A stretch of 64,000 nt of DNA from Balanoglossus misakiensis (taxonomy: Eukaryota; Animalia; Hemichordata). Positions 39,754 through 54,000 of the stretch are shown in pieces. The notes below the pieces were generated by a model that did no database searches, was not told the origin of the DNA, and saw only the letters and a list, made by a program, of their open reading frames with translations. The first letter of the stretch is position 1, and the number at the start of each line of letters is the position of its first letter. The stretch is taken from the NCBI GenBank assembly GCA_040954595.2, contig CM082584.2, positions 12,368,875 through 12,432,874 of the forward strand, in the 5' to 3' direction. The position numbers and the translations under genes were made by a program.

Positions 39754-42700
39754 ATGCCAGGCGTTACGCTCTCTCTGTCCGTGCTGATCGTGTTAGCGTG
39801 CCTCGTCGAAGTTTCGGAACTTCATGAAGCGCATAGCGGGGCCGAGAAGTACACAGATCCGAACAAGGTTGTGGAGACGTGCAGCAGGGAAGATCAGAAA
39901 AGTGGGAATTGTGAGTTGGATCAAGTTCGATTGACCAGACTGGATGGCGTGAAGGTAAAAGTTGGTAAAAGTTGAATTATGGATTAGCGGAAAAATATCC
40001 CAAAGTTAATTAATCATCCCCCTTTTTTGTTTTTCTCATTTTCTCACCTCTCATCACTTTTAATACTTTTATTAATTCAGTTTGTTTTCCCTTGGAATCA
40101 TATCTTGAAAAGTACAAAAAAGTCAAAATGTCAAGGCAACAGGTGGAGACCAGGCTACACGATTGTTACCATGGTGAACCATGTGTATCCAAATGAATCA
40201 GGCATATATATTGAAATTCATTAGTTGACAAAAACCGAACATTGCTTGGACAAGGTAAATCTTGGGTTTTTCACCAAGTATAGTGAGCAAAAATGAACAG
40301 ACGAGAGTTCAACAAACGATAAGGCCGCTTCCCTTTAACCCTCTTAAATTCCTGGTTCCACCTCATGGGTCAATTGAAGATTAGTGGGGCATGCTTAAAA
40401 TGTCACAAGGGGCTGTGACCTCTGCCCAACCCAGAAGAGAACTTCAGTGTTTAATTTCAAAAACAGGTTTTAGTAATACGTGTGGGCGAAGGAGCTGTCA
40501 AAGAATTTGCAAGAGCGAGCACGAGCGCAAGTCTGGCCCAGTAATTGATTTCTTTTTCCTCACCCACTAATGGACTCCCAACGTTATTTTTTTATTTGCT
40601 TTACATAATGGCAGGAGGGTCATGAAAAGAAACTGGATCTTGTTCCCGGCAAGACGCATTACTTGAAGACTATAAACATGAAGCCTTTGATCTTTGGTAA
40701 GTACAGTGCAGCCCAGACGTTTTTATTGACAGCATCAATACTTCATTGTTTCGAGTACGTATCGTTCTGAGCAATGGTGGTTAAGTAAGTATTTGCTTAC
40801 AAGTAACAGAGTGATTCAATCAATGCATTCCACCCAAGGGCTTTTATACTGTGAATGAAGTCTTTCATGTACAGCATGTACTAAGAACTGAAGGCATTCT
40901 GGCATCTTGTGAAAGGTCAAACCATGCTTCTTCTCAGAGTATACATTAAATTTCAGGTAACAGATCTTGAAGCACCAGGTATATGATAATTAACACTAAT
41001 TAATGATCTGACTGTCCCCACATAACATTGGTTGTGACAGGAAAATGCGAGTTGAACTTTGATCACGTTAATCAAAACATTACCAGCACCAAAAGTCGTG
41101 CTGGCACTGTGTACCATATGGGCTATAACACTATCACAATTAAACCATATGGTATAGCTTTATTCAGAATTCCAGTGTATCCTTTGACTATTGATGGTAA
41201 TACTGTATCTGCCTAGTCTCACATTGTTCCGTTACGGATGAGGTGAGATTCAGGTTTCCATTTATAGGCAAATATAATTCACAGAATATGTACGTTGGAG
41301 TTTCTGTCTGTGTGCATGGATGCATGCATGATTTCATTTCAATGGGCCGCCGCTTTTATTATCCATACGTACACATGATGACCTTACATCCTGGCACTTT
41401 TGTTGTTGCCAATCCACTGTCGCTATTTCAAAGCTCTATAAACAGCCAACCAATTCAATGCAAAATACTCTGGATAAGACTGTAATTTCACACCTCAACT
41501 TGCAATTCTGATCTGAAGTTTCGGCCCTTGTAAAGTGGTGTCTGGAATCTATTATCCTGGCCTTGCATGGCCTCAGTTGGGGATTTCAATATTGATTCTG
41601 CACATAGAGAAGACACTGTTACTTAATTAGGCTGACCATGGGCTATAAACACTGACCAACTGTGGAAGTGTGAACGTGGACCAAATCAAACCCCCAGAGA
41701 AGATTTCTTAACCCATGGCCTGGGGTCCTAGACAGATAATGCGAACTACATGTGTGCCTTGTAAAGCAATCATGGCACTCAGACTTGACTGTGCACATGT
41801 GGGATTTTGTTTACTTATTTACAAGTAAAAACCAGTTTAGAAATCCAACAGCGTCCTGTTAGCACAATTCTGGGGACATGAAAATAACAGATGACCAATT
41901 TCCAAGCGCCAAACACCTCACTGCTGTTCCTCTCTCTCTGTTTCAGAAATTGATGGTTTTCTGAGCAACGAAGAGTGTGATCATATCATTGAGTTGGCCA
42001 AGAAGGTGGGGCTTAAGAGCAGTCAGACCAAGCAACAAGGCATTGAGAGCGGTATCAAAATCTATGACTTGGATGGTGACAGACATCTGGATTATAATGA
42101 GGTGGGTAAATACCTGACTGTCTGGTTCTGCATTTTTTTGCCCTGAAATTGAAGCTCTTCAAAACAGCAAACATTTTCAAATTCTCAATATTTACCTCAG
42201 CGCAAAATTTTCCCACCATAACAGTACTGCAGTTTATATATTCTTTCTCTCATACCATAAATAGAAATAACCCCTTTTTCTCTATTTTGATGGCTTTGTT
42301 GAACCGTAAAGCTTGTCAGTACATAACAATTGTTCAAAACTACTGGTATCATATTTATGGGTATCAGCCATACCCAGTACATTTAACTCGCCCATTTCAG
42401 CAGTTTTACGGTATTTATAGCTTCACTTTCCCAGACCACTTTAGTTTATTGGTGCCCAAGAGACAGATGGCAATTGTCATGAAATAAAACGGCCATTATA
42501 TGATATTGCAGACATGTCTTTTTAAAAGTGCATTAAATTTTTAGTATTAGGCAAATTTCTCTTTATGTACTCAGTTTACCCATCTCCTTTAGTTTTCATT
42601 AGTTTGGAAACTTTAATATTTGGTCACAGGGTCCTGAGTTCATAATTGTATTTTGCATTGTACTTGTCAGTTTTTCATGCACATATTTTAACATGCACTC

Positions 42701-45620
42701 TCATCTTTTCCTCCAGATGAGAATAACACTAGAATCAGCATTTGATGTTTACATGGTAGAAGATGAATTGAAAGAAGTGTAAGTCACTGTAAATTCATTT
42801 GATGAGTAGTGAGTTAGCTTTGCTTCCCCAGTAACTAATGACTAACTTGCATAAACAAAGTGCAAGCCTCTAAGATAATTGTAATTAACCAACATCTAAC
42901 TCACCTTAGTTTAGAACGTGTTTGATTCGATCATGTCATCTTTTAAATTTGAGCATTGCAATCCGATTAACAAGTCTAACTTCTGGCTGTTCGACTGAAG
43001 GTTTCCTGTTTAGCCTAGGATGTTAAATCTTGAAATTGGATACATGTACTACAGAATGCTAGCAGACACAGACAGATGGGCAGTTTGGTTTGTAACTGTA
43101 TGGCCAGGCATCCTTTAAGTCAATCAAAGAATGCTCTATACTACCTACATGTAACATCACAGACAAGGTCATCGCCGAATGGCCTTGACTGTCATCTTGC
43201 ATCCTGTCATCAAAGGGACCAATTCCATGATTATGTTTCAAAAACATGCGACTGACATTGACCATGTTGACAAGCTTGGCGTCTGGAAATCTCATCATCC
43301 TGAATGCAGTCAATGATTGTGATTTCAACATTGTAGGTTGAGAAATCCCAAGCCTGAATGGGAAAGATTCCAAACCTCACAAATTTATGCTCTAGACGTG
43401 TGTGCCAAACATAAGTATAGGCAGAAGTAACGATAATCTTTGCTTCCCATAGTTGACAGATTTATCTCTTATTTAAAAGTTAACATGTAATTGTAACTGC
43501 TTCTCCCTATATATCATCCCAGCACGTTACTAACAATTGCATGTTGTTGTCTTTTTTGCTTCATCCTTACCACAGCTATGCTGCACTGCAACTTGATAAT
43601 AATGAAGACGGTAAGAGTCTTGGCTTTTAAACACAGTTGATTGAAGCAGAAATCTCTGTTTATATTCCCCAAACTACACGATAAACACATCACATTTGGA
43701 GATGACGTGGAAGTGAAAACATTTCACATTCAGAAGAGACGCAGACAGATAAACATGCCAAAAGGAAACCTGTCTACTTCAGTGCAACCTCACACTCACT
43801 GATGTCTGCTAGTGTTTGTACAAGGCAAAGAAAGGGATAAATTTTATCTCAGTCATGACCATCTGTTGATTGCCCTCTGTCATAAAGTCACCCAATAGGT
43901 TAGCCAGATTTGGTTTTTGTGTAAGCAGATCAGAGTTTAATAGGGTCTGTGAGAACCGGTTGATCTTTAGCAGTTGAAGGAATATGGCCACCTCTAGCAA
44001 AGGGGAGAATTTAACAAATGATGTTGAAGATTTATTCTGTAGCGATTAATGCCAGTAAGTCTGATGTGATTCTTTATAGTTGTACATCTTTGACATCCAC
44101 AGAACTAATCAGTCAAGAAGAACTGAGCTCAATCAGCACGCATGACTTGGCGAAATTTCTCTGGGACTGGGTGCAGAAGAACCCAGAGCTGAGATCCCGA
44201 TACAGTGAGCAAGCATGGATCGCTCCAGACAAAGTTGAGGATGATATTGTTAATCAGTTTCAGCAAAGGTGAGGCAGATCTGATATTTTCAACGTTTGCA
44301 ATGATCTGAAACTGTCTATTGCGCCTAGCACACTAACTCACTACTTGTCTGCTTTCCATAATTATACACAGAATGTCAGACCTGCTAGAGTTGCCTCAAC
44401 CACTGATCAATAAATTCAACACTTTTCAAGTGGTAAGGTACGGCATCAAGGGTCACTACAATGCGCACACAGACTCCGGGTCCAATCCCAGAATGCCCTG
44501 CTGCCATCTCACTGAATCGGATATGTGTCAGAGTTGCAGGTAAGTGTTACCTCTCTCGACTGGGCTGTTCTCCAGAGGACTGCATGTGGTTCTTGCTGGC
44601 CATTCATCTATTAATGGGAAATGGTGGGGGATAGTTTTGTGGCATTTCTGCTTTTAACTCTTTCACCACCATGATTCAGTACAGACCTAATGGTAAGGTT
44701 GGATCTCTAAAGAGGGAACTGGGGTGAAACTGAGTGTCAACAATTTTATCTAGATTGATTGCAGTCTGGGAACATCATTGGTGTTGCTCCTTCTTCTTGA
44801 CCTCGTAATCTTTTCTGAAGTAGAAATGCAATACTGTCGTAAAAGTTCATTTTTATCCCCCATGAGTCAGATGCAGAGGTATTGATGTCAGAAGTAACTC
44901 TTCTCATGTGGTTCAAGTTACATTCATTCCTGATGCATCGCAGAACATTGCAATTTTACTGTTAAATTTTTAACAACTTCTGATCTGCGTTTAACAGAGG
45001 CACACTTAAGGTCACATGTGCCTCGAAAATCAAAGTCTTAAACTTTTTCTCATATTTTGCTCATGGCAACCTTAGATCTCTTAAAAGCCTCAATAACGAA
45101 ATAAAAATGCTCAGTTATAATTTCGGGATAAAATTTCATGAGCACTTAAATCTGATATGCAATATGCTTTCCCTTTTTGTACAGATATCTGACAGTGATG
45201 GTTTATCTGAATGATGTTGAAGAAGGCGGAGAGACTGCATTTCCAGTTGCTAACAACGATACGTTTAATATTCATGTGAGTAGAGCAGTTTGAATGTTTA
45301 AACATTTAGAAAAATCATGCCTTTGAAACAAGCTGTGTCGTAATAGCAAAATTTATATTTCTCTGTCGTTACAGGCTCTTCATAAAGGCACTTCACTCAA
45401 CTTGAACAGACACTGCAAAGACGCTAATCTGTTGGTGAAGCCTCAGAAAGGAAAAGCTGTGATCTGGTACAACCACTTTATTGATGAAGAAACAGGCTGG
45501 CTTGGGCCGCTTGACAACTTCACGTGGCACGGCGGATGTCCTGTTGCCAGGGGCAACAAATGGATTGCCAACCGCTGGATCAATGTCAGCAGAAATAAGG
45601 GAATCGACATGGTCTATTAG
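39754..45620 (+). CDS. P4HTM: Transmembrane-type prolyl 4-hydroxylase (EF-hand + 2OG-Fe(II) oxygenase), ~401 aa, 9 exons
   Basis: Exons 39754-39954, 40615-40696, 41947-42101, 42717-42778, 43576-43610, 44103-44268, 44372-44539, 45185-45275 and 45375-45620 total 1206 nt in frame. Motifs: LTRLDGVKEGHEKK…KPLIFEIDGFLSNEECDHII (P4HTM-like), EF-hand DLDGDRHLDYNE, RYSEQAWI, GHYNAHTDS (HxD), RYLTVMVYLNDVEEGGETAFP, WHGGCPV (distal His) and GNKWIANRW (2OG-binding Lys). Confidence 0.92.
44654..44729. mobile_element. Short TTAA-associated palindromic dispersed repeat (piggyBac-like mini-element), degenerate copy
   Basis: ttaactctttcaccaccatg…gagggaactggggtgaaa; its reverse complement aligns by eye with 55563-55632 and 52709-52744. 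Confidence 0.55.
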
Positions 45621-47010
45621 ATAGAGTGTCACTCCGAGTGTGTAGAATACAACTTTATTTGTGCAAATCTGTGATTGGAAAATCACCTTTGCCTAGCGCC
45701 TATATACACAACCGCATCTGCAGATAATTCAGATACATTAATGTGTAGTAAATAATGCCTTTTCTCATGCTCATAGTCATGTCATAGACAGCCTTGGTAA
45801 TTTCTCACCATAGAATACAAGTGCAAGTATCCTTTAGTTTGGATGGGGTCATGTTTTGTTTGGCAGTCAAATCCAAGATGGTCAACTGGCAGCCATTATA
45901 TCACTTAACGAGTACAACTCATGGCCATTATGACTTTGTAGAAAAAACTAGCTATGCCATACACACACTGCCAAGCCAGACACTACTTTTCAGTGTCTTT
46001 TCCAGAGCACCTGGTTTGTACATTTTCAAATATCACCTTGTTAATTCTTTTAAAACCTTGAAAGTTGATTTTTTACAAAAAGTTGTATCTCAACTTTTTA
46101 ATGTGCAATATTGATCAACTTGTAATGAGTACAGCAGTAAATTTCAGTGTTTGACAGCCTGTCATACAATTATCTATACCTGCCAATAAATGATTTTCTC
46201 TTGAGCAGGCATGTTATGATCACTGGTGAAAGTACAGAGATTGTTCCTTTCAAGACGACATTTCATTCCATCCCGCATTTCCCTCTGTGTAAACTCAGAA
46301 TAAAATATTTTAGAAAATAAACATGGTTCCGTGTGTTCACTCTGTATTAATTACTGTCTACTTCTAGACAGAGGTCTGAACTTGAATTTCTGACCAGACT
46401 GACATCGATGTTATCAGAGTTCAAACATCACAGTCCCTGTATTTTAGTTCACTCTTGGTATGTTCTTGAAACTTCTAGAAAACTGTTGATAGTGAACTCA
46501 TGGTGGCGCAATTTACCAAACGTGGTATTTGCGCCATTGTCGGTATATTGTCCGAATTAAGTTTTTGTGTACTCTTCTCGCATCAAAAAGTATTGAAACT
46601 ACTGCAATGCTTGTTCCGCATGTTGTTGTGGTCTCAGGGAAGTTCGATGAAATGATAAAAAGTAATGCAATGCCACCATGCTTCCAGTGAATTTGTGATC
46701 CAGCCGTTCAAAAAGTTTCTACCATGGAGAAATAAAATGCAACGAAAGTGCAGATTCAGCATTTTACAGCTTATAAACCCTCTGTCTGGAAAAGGAAGAT
46801 GGAAACACCCTATTTTCTATTTATTTATTGTGTCAAAATCCATTGATATGAAATCAGGAAAATGACAATCATATTCTTACTTTTGATAGTGAGTAGCCAC
46901 CATGATTGATTTGTTTAAAACTTTTTTTATTGATATAAAGCCCTTTAATTTTGGCGTTTAATCTTATTTTCTGCATTGTTTTAAAGCAATAAATAACTCA
47001 ACAATCCCTT

Positions 47011-47338
47011 GACCGCCCCACGCGTGTTGCGCTGTCAATTTCTTAATTATTTCACGTCATCGTTGAGTTGAGCGTCTTTTGAGAAACCGGAAGTTCAAGT
47101 TATACGTCAGTTCGTTATTACTGTCCTCCACCTAATTTGCGAGGCGAAAGTGGTTTCGCTGACGTTTCTTTTCCTTTCCCCTAGAGTCCGTCCACACCTG
47201 CATTTTCAGCCTTCTGCCGAGGTAAGATAGAGCGAAATAATAGTCGTATTCGTGTTTTGACATACTATAATGCGCCAAATCCTCGCTAGCCGCTAATGTC
47301 TCGTTTCACCCATGATCCATATCTGTTGATATGGTAAC
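47011..47338 (+). promoter_or_regulatory. Promoter and non-coding first exon of the DUF4062-NACHT-TPR gene
   Basis: GC box ccgcccc ~47013, half-CRE acgtca ~47054, ETS accggaagt 47086-94, strong donor GAG|gtaaga after 47221, X-box-like GTTGATATGGTAAC 47325-38. The coding exon begins at an acceptor (48043) just before the ATG, so an upstream exon is required. Confidence 0.6.
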
Positions 47339-47685
47339 GGATGACGCCGCCATGAGTATGAATAACCTGTACGCTGCTTTCTCGTTTTTCCTGGTAAAAT
47401 GTTGAAATATTATTATGCGATCTCGATTTTTAAAAGTTGGACATGCACTAAGGCTTCTTTGAGTAGTAAATTGCAAAGTGTATGATCATTTTCAGCGTGG
47501 TGCCGTGGGTACGGCGCGGGGCACAGGTGCGGGGATGGGCATGATGGGGGCGGGTAATGGGCGCTATCGTATCGCTACCTCCTTGCGGCCGTTTATTCTC
47601 CCTCTCCAGCAAGCATAATATATTTGGAGATTCAGTTGAGAGGTCGTACATGTGCAAGTGATACATTTATTAGTGTGACCCTTTC

Positions 47686-47737
47686 ATTACTCACTGAGTG
47701 ACTGACTGACTTACTCACTCACTCACTCACTTACTCA
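47686..47737. repeat. (ACTG/ACTC)n microsatellite
   Basis: actcactgagtgactgactgacttactcactcactcactcacttactcac. Confidence 0.75.
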
Positions 47738-48053
47738 CCAACAGGTGTACACTTTACCCTAATTCTCTCTGCAATGTAAAGGGTTAATTTTTAGGTATAA
47801 ACAACATTAGATTTAAACCAAACCATGGTGGCAAGTAGACTTTATGAATATTTTTGTTGGTTAAACAAAGTTTGGTATCAATGATTAACATTGTGTGTGA
47901 ACAATGTCATAACTTTACTGTCAGGTTTGGAACATGCATGTAGTAGTACCTCAACAAACACTTATAAAGCAACGATTTATTGTATTCATGTCATGTTGCT
48001 GTTTGAATTTTTAACATTGGCAAATTCTCTGTGCGTTCTCAGGTTGGTACACC

Positions 48054-51000
48054 ATGGGTTGTGGTTCGTCTCACAACTACAGCTACGGTGTGTCCCAGAG
48101 CTGGGAAGAAGTCCACAAGACATGCACTGTGAAGAAAAGATCTGCCAAGGACATCCCAGTTGTCACAAGGTCCGGATGGAAGACCATCCGGATATTTGTC
48201 TCTTCAACATTCCGTGATTTCCATGCAGAGAGAGAGAGTCTTATCAAGCAGGTTAGCTGAAAACCCACAATGTATTCAGCTGAAAATTGTGCTCAGTTAT
48301 ATTGCTGTCTTTGATAGAATTATACTTCACATTTATAGATTTTCTTATACATACCTTAATAGGGTTTGACTGGCTTATAATAATAGTTTGATAAGTAATA
48401 TTGTCATGAAAATGAAATGCTTAATGTCTCATAGCCAAGATTTTTACTTTGAGGTTTCTGTTGTTTTTATTCTTGCAGGTGTTTCCTGATCTGAGAACTT
48501 GGTGTGAAAAGAGAAGGCTTCATTTGGTAGATTGTGATCTCAGATGGGTAAGTTGGCATGTTGCTTGACCATTGATGATGTACCTGGCAACAGAAAGCAA
48601 ATATGACGGTGTCAACGTTTACCTCCATTCTGAGAAGATGACTTGCATAAGAGGCATGAAAGCTGATGTAATTTGTATGTTTGGTGTTAGGACTATGATG
48701 CAAGCTGGCTTTTGCTATTCAGCAAAACAAAACGAAACACTTTACTGTGGTATGCCATTTCCCCTCTGTGGTCAGTGTTGACACATTGTTGTCTATAGCT
48801 ACATAAAGAGATCAATAGAAGTATATTTCTTCAGGCCATCGAACCCACTTTCGCTTTCTGTTCCTTTTGAATTTAAAGCAGGCTCTTTTTTCAAGAGCTG
48901 GTGTTCCACGCCTACATGTAGCCATGGTTATTTCCACTGGTTCTGAAATTATCTTTCCACGATTTTTTTTCTAGGGTGTCCCCAAAGACACCACAACAGA
49001 AGAAACGCTGAGGATATGTCTGGGAGAGATCGACAGATGCTATTCAGATAATATCATGCCGTTCTTCCTCAATCTTACAAGGTAATTCAGATCATCATCA
49101 GTCCCACATCATATTTCAATGCAAAAGATGCCCGTCATGCAAGTCTTGTAAATGCCTGATATGAAGCATTTGGTAGCATGAAAAAATGCTTGTTTTTAAC
49201 CATTGTTCTCAACAAAAGCCAGTCACTTGAACACCAACCCTTTCATGGCAACTGCCTTTGTGGTGTATTTTCGTAACTGTCTTTACATTCACACAGGTCT
49301 TACATAACCACTAGTACTCCAGTCTCTGTGAAGAAATCAATACACACAATGTAAACACCTTTCTGATTCAGTCATTGTCCAATGGTTGTCAGTATAAGTT
49401 GCATAACATTGGTCAATGGAAGTGAAACACAAAATCAATAATTACATTCATTATGGGGAAATGTGTCCACTTGCGTGTGTGTCGCAATGGAGTTTATATT
49501 GGTGACAATTTAATAGCTCTGGCCAATTTTTTCTCCCTGATCAATCGAAAAATTTCTCAGTTTGTCAAAAGGTACATTTTCTTATGTATGTGTCCTGTTA
49601 AGGCTGATCAAATTCACTGGTGAACACTATAAAAACGTGATTACAATGCTGACATTTGCCAGGTACGACTGGCCGTATCAAAGATCTGTGACGACACATG
49701 GTCATTCAAGTGTGAATTCAGGTTATCACTTTGACAGTGACAGTACACCTCAAGTAGTTCAGCTTTTACAATGACCCTTTTTGTTCGGTGATATACCATT
49801 GAACCTGTTCCCGTCTATTATACACTTTCTGAAAAGAAAGAAAGAAAGGTATATTATCTAGCCAAGCAACTTCCACATAAAGTAAACCCGTTGCATTCCG
49901 TGGCTCCTTTTGCCCCTTCCTTTCTTCTGGTACATTGGCTATAGAACAAACTCTTGTAAACAGTACGTTGCGTAGCAACAGTCTGAGGTCACGCCACACA
50001 GAAGGTGCAGTACTTGATTCAACACAGTGTAATGTAGCGCATTGTTCTGTTCTGACAGCTTTTCAGAAGCATATTCAATGAGAATGAGGTCACTGCTCTC
50101 TCTCAGTGATACGCTTTATTTGATCTTAACCAATAATTCTCCATCAATAATTAAATGTCATTTTATTCAGTCGAAATCTACAAGATTTAATACTTGTTGT
50201 TTTATTCTGAAATTTTTGCCATGTATATCTATTTCATCTTACTGCTACACTGACCTAATAAAAATTTCTTGACACTCCACAGTGAAAGATGTGGCTGGAT
50301 TCCGTCCACTGCAGAGGTGCCACCATCTCTGGCGAAAGAGTACAAATGGATCCATGGCTTGTCCGTCACAGAAATGGAAATCATGCATGGAGCCTACCGT
50401 ATTGACAATCCGAACTGTGAGTTTATGACATGCATTTGCAGATTTCTTTGCTCTCATTTCACAGTTTCTTGGCTTTTATTGAAAGATTTTCCTCAAATCT
50501 GTGATTATGTGTTATACATCTACATTATTCAGCACAAACAACAAATAATTGTGATAATGCTTTCGTGTCCTTTTTTTCTCAGCCCTGTTCCTAGTGAGAA
50601 AAGCAGATTTTCTCAAAACAGTGCCTGAAGATCATCAAAAGGATTTTGTGGATCCCAACCCTGTGGCTGCTGAGAAGATGAAAATTCTGAAAGATATGTT
50701 GAAAAACAGACTTGTGAGTGACATCATCTCAAACCCTTACAATTCACAATAATAATTTAATCATAGTCATTTAGCATGTATTGGCATTTGTTTGATCCCA
50801 TTGTGTTGATTCGTCTTTCCACCAAGAATGATGATGATTAATGTTTGTGGAAGTCCTGAATGGTTTTAGATGTATAAACCGTGAGACCAGCTACACAAGC
50901 ATGTTACTTTCTTGAGAGAATGTCAGCTTTTACTTAGGTATCGTTGCATAGTATTTTAAGACCAGATTGGCATTCTTTAACATTATTTTTGCTGTTATTT

Positions 51001-54000
51001 CGTTGCAGGGTTCACGGGTCAAATGGTATAATTGTGAATTTGATGGAGTAAAAGATGATGGTATGGTCCGGCTCAAAGGATTAGATGGTGCATTTTCTAA
51101 ATGTGTAAGTTTTGAAAGTGGACAGTCACCAGACAGCAAATAGCTTTAAACAGGATGAAGATTTCATTTACTGGTTGTAATTTCATCCAACACTATGGTT
51201 AACTCTTTTTTGCTTGATCTAAATGACCGTGCCTGATAATGGAATCAACTGTGTTACAACATGATAACATTGTCACTTCAGGTGCTGGAGTTTTACAAGA
51301 AAAGAATCAGCGAGCAATATCCACTGGACGATAGGGAGATGGACCCCTATCTACAAGCCAAGGAAGCTCATGAGGTAAGTTGTCATGGCAACCATCTGGT
51401 TCGGTTGACATGGAAACCAAAGTGGTCATCACAACACAAATGTGTGGACAATGGTTGACTTGCACCTACTGGCAATATGTACAGTGTACGTCAAACATGA
51501 TCGAATGAATAAAATTGAAACTTCACTTGTCCGTACAGAATGGTTTCTTTACCTGCAATGTAGCCAAACTGTAACTGTCTCTTTGCCTTTCAGGCATTCA
51601 TGAAAAGTCGCTCCACCTTGGTTCTCGGGAGAGATGACGTCTTACAGAAGATTCAGGACTACGTTGTGGGTGTGGCCGAAGATAAGGGCTTCATATTGCT
51701 GGGAGGACCGGGCGTCGGCAAATCTTCTATCATGGCAAAAACTGCTGAAGTTGCTTTTATGAAATCTACTCAAATGGAAATCCCGGGGTGAGTATTAAAA
51801 CCAGGTGTAGTGCTCTCAACCCCGAGTTTTTGATTGGCCCTTCACATTACATGTTCTCATTGAATATGCTCAGTCACTGTCACAGTGGTAAATCTTTTTT
51901 TAATTGGCTTGCATCTTACATGTAAACGCAATTGGAATGGTTGGTTTGTTTCTTTGTTTTTTCAGAGGTGGAGACAAGGGTTGGTCTGTGTTCTATCACT
52001 TTGTTGGCGCTATACCAGGAGCCACTGACCTAGAAATATGTCTGAAGCGACTTCTGAAAGAGATCGGAGCTGTCACGGTGAGTTGGGATCAATAAATCCA
52101 TCCATGCTCTGTTGTGATCACATGACCATGATGTGTCTCTCTTGATAAGCACAAAGAAATAAAACATTTTTGCTCACATTTCATTTATAAAAGTGATATT
52201 GTTCTCAGAGTATAATGAAAATCGTGTACTGTTTCGTTTATTGTTGTTGTTTTGTTTTGTTTGTCTTTGCAGGATAACACCATGCCAACAGATTTGGAGT
52301 CAACATGTCAGTTGGTAGGCAGTGCATTAACCAATGCCAACACCAAACCAACCATCATTGTCATAGATGCTGTCAATCAAGTAAGTCACGTGATTATCAT
52401 GTGATTATGCAGAAAGTTTCCAGCTGCATTGAACTCCTCTTCTTTTATTCAATTTCTTTCTATGCCATTAATTATTTTGCTTGTGTATGTCTCAGTTTGA
52501 TGACGATCATCAATCTAAAGCTGTCAGTTGGTTGCCTAAGAAACTAGCGCCACAAATCCGTGTCATCCTGTCGATGATAGATGACTCTGCTCCTCACAAA
52601 CTTCTCAAGGCCCGGACGACTCAGCATACAGAAGTACCTGTCACACCACTGGACATGGCCTCCAGAAAAGTAAGACAGATTCTTTAATCAGTAACTTGAG
52701 GGTGGTCTTTAACCCTTTCACCCCCCCCCCCCCAGTTCCCCCCCGTCAGTAATATACAAAATGTACACTGTTCATATTTGTAATGAGTTGTGTCCTATAT
52801 CAGTGTTAATACTCTACTATGCGTTGCCTTGACAGGAAATAGTGGGAGGCATGCTGGGTAAATACAACAAACGATTGGACTCTGAACAGATGAATAATTT
52901 GCTCAGCAAAGAATCTTCCCAGAATCCTCTGTGGTTGGCAGTGGCCTGTGAAGAACTCAGGGTGTTTGGTGTGTTCCACCAAATCAATGAGAAAATTGAT
53001 ATGCTGGCCGACGGTCTGTTAGAGTAAGTCATTATTTCATATGCAGTAGTTGCTGTCGCTGGCAATGATGTCAAACGTAGTATGCTCATACAAAATGTTT
53101 CTATTGGTATTTTTGGAGTGACCTCACGTGGATACGGAGATCCACAACCATACCATTCACAGTGAATTGTCTTTGAGTGAAAGTGCTTACTGACTCTACT
53201 CTTTGTCCCAACGCAGGTTATTGGCACAAGTGTTGGCACGATTTGAGGAAGAAAATGGCGGGCAGCTCCTTGTGGCCACACTGAGTTTGTTGGAATGCTC
53301 AGCAACAGGTCTTCTTGAAACAGAACTTCTCCTCATATTAGGCGATGAAGACACTTTGATGCCACCTGACCACAATGACCAGGAGAAAGGTCAGTCTTAG
53401 AAATGAACTCTGGGGGCCCATTTGGATCTGACTGCGGTATTAAATTTAATTTTGTAGAGCTGTGTGTTCATTATGCTTGCAAATCCCATGACCTGGATGT
53501 GTTGTTTATTCTCAGGAGCGAGTGCAAAAGAAGACAAGAAAAACGGCAAATTTGACAAACTGCTTGCTCCATTCAAATGGGCGGCCGTGTACCGAGCACT
53601 GAAACCGTTTCTCAGACCGTTCGGTGACAGTGGAGAGGGAAGACTGGACTTCTATCACAGATCACTCAGCAAAGCCGTCCGTCACAAGTAAGTAGCGTAA
53701 ACCCTATCACATACTGACTTTGTTCAGTAGACACTTATATACACATTATACCTTTTTCAATTGCTATGACCCTGAAGCCTTATTCCAATTAAAATTGTCC
53801 TTTCCACTTTTAGGTATTTTTTGAACGATGATGACAATGAGACTGACGATGACAGTAAAGATGTCTATTTCTGGTGGCACAAGAAATTGGCTGATTTCTT
53901 CGAGCAAGTGGAATATCTGGACAGGAAACTGGAGGTGTGTGTTTATTTGTTTGTTTGTTTTTTCGTTGTGTATATAAGTGAGTTAGCTGCTCTTCAGAAT

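Noticed and set aside
45007-45110. Possible DNA-transposon end (ttaaggtcacatgtgcctcgaaaatcaaagtcttaaactttt…) in a P4HTM intron
   Set aside because: It looks like a dispersed-repeat fragment, but no matching second terminus or convincing second copy can be shown within the window.
52817-53305. 162-aa minus-strand ORF
   Set aside because: Antisense shadow of exons of the DUF4062-NACHT gene.
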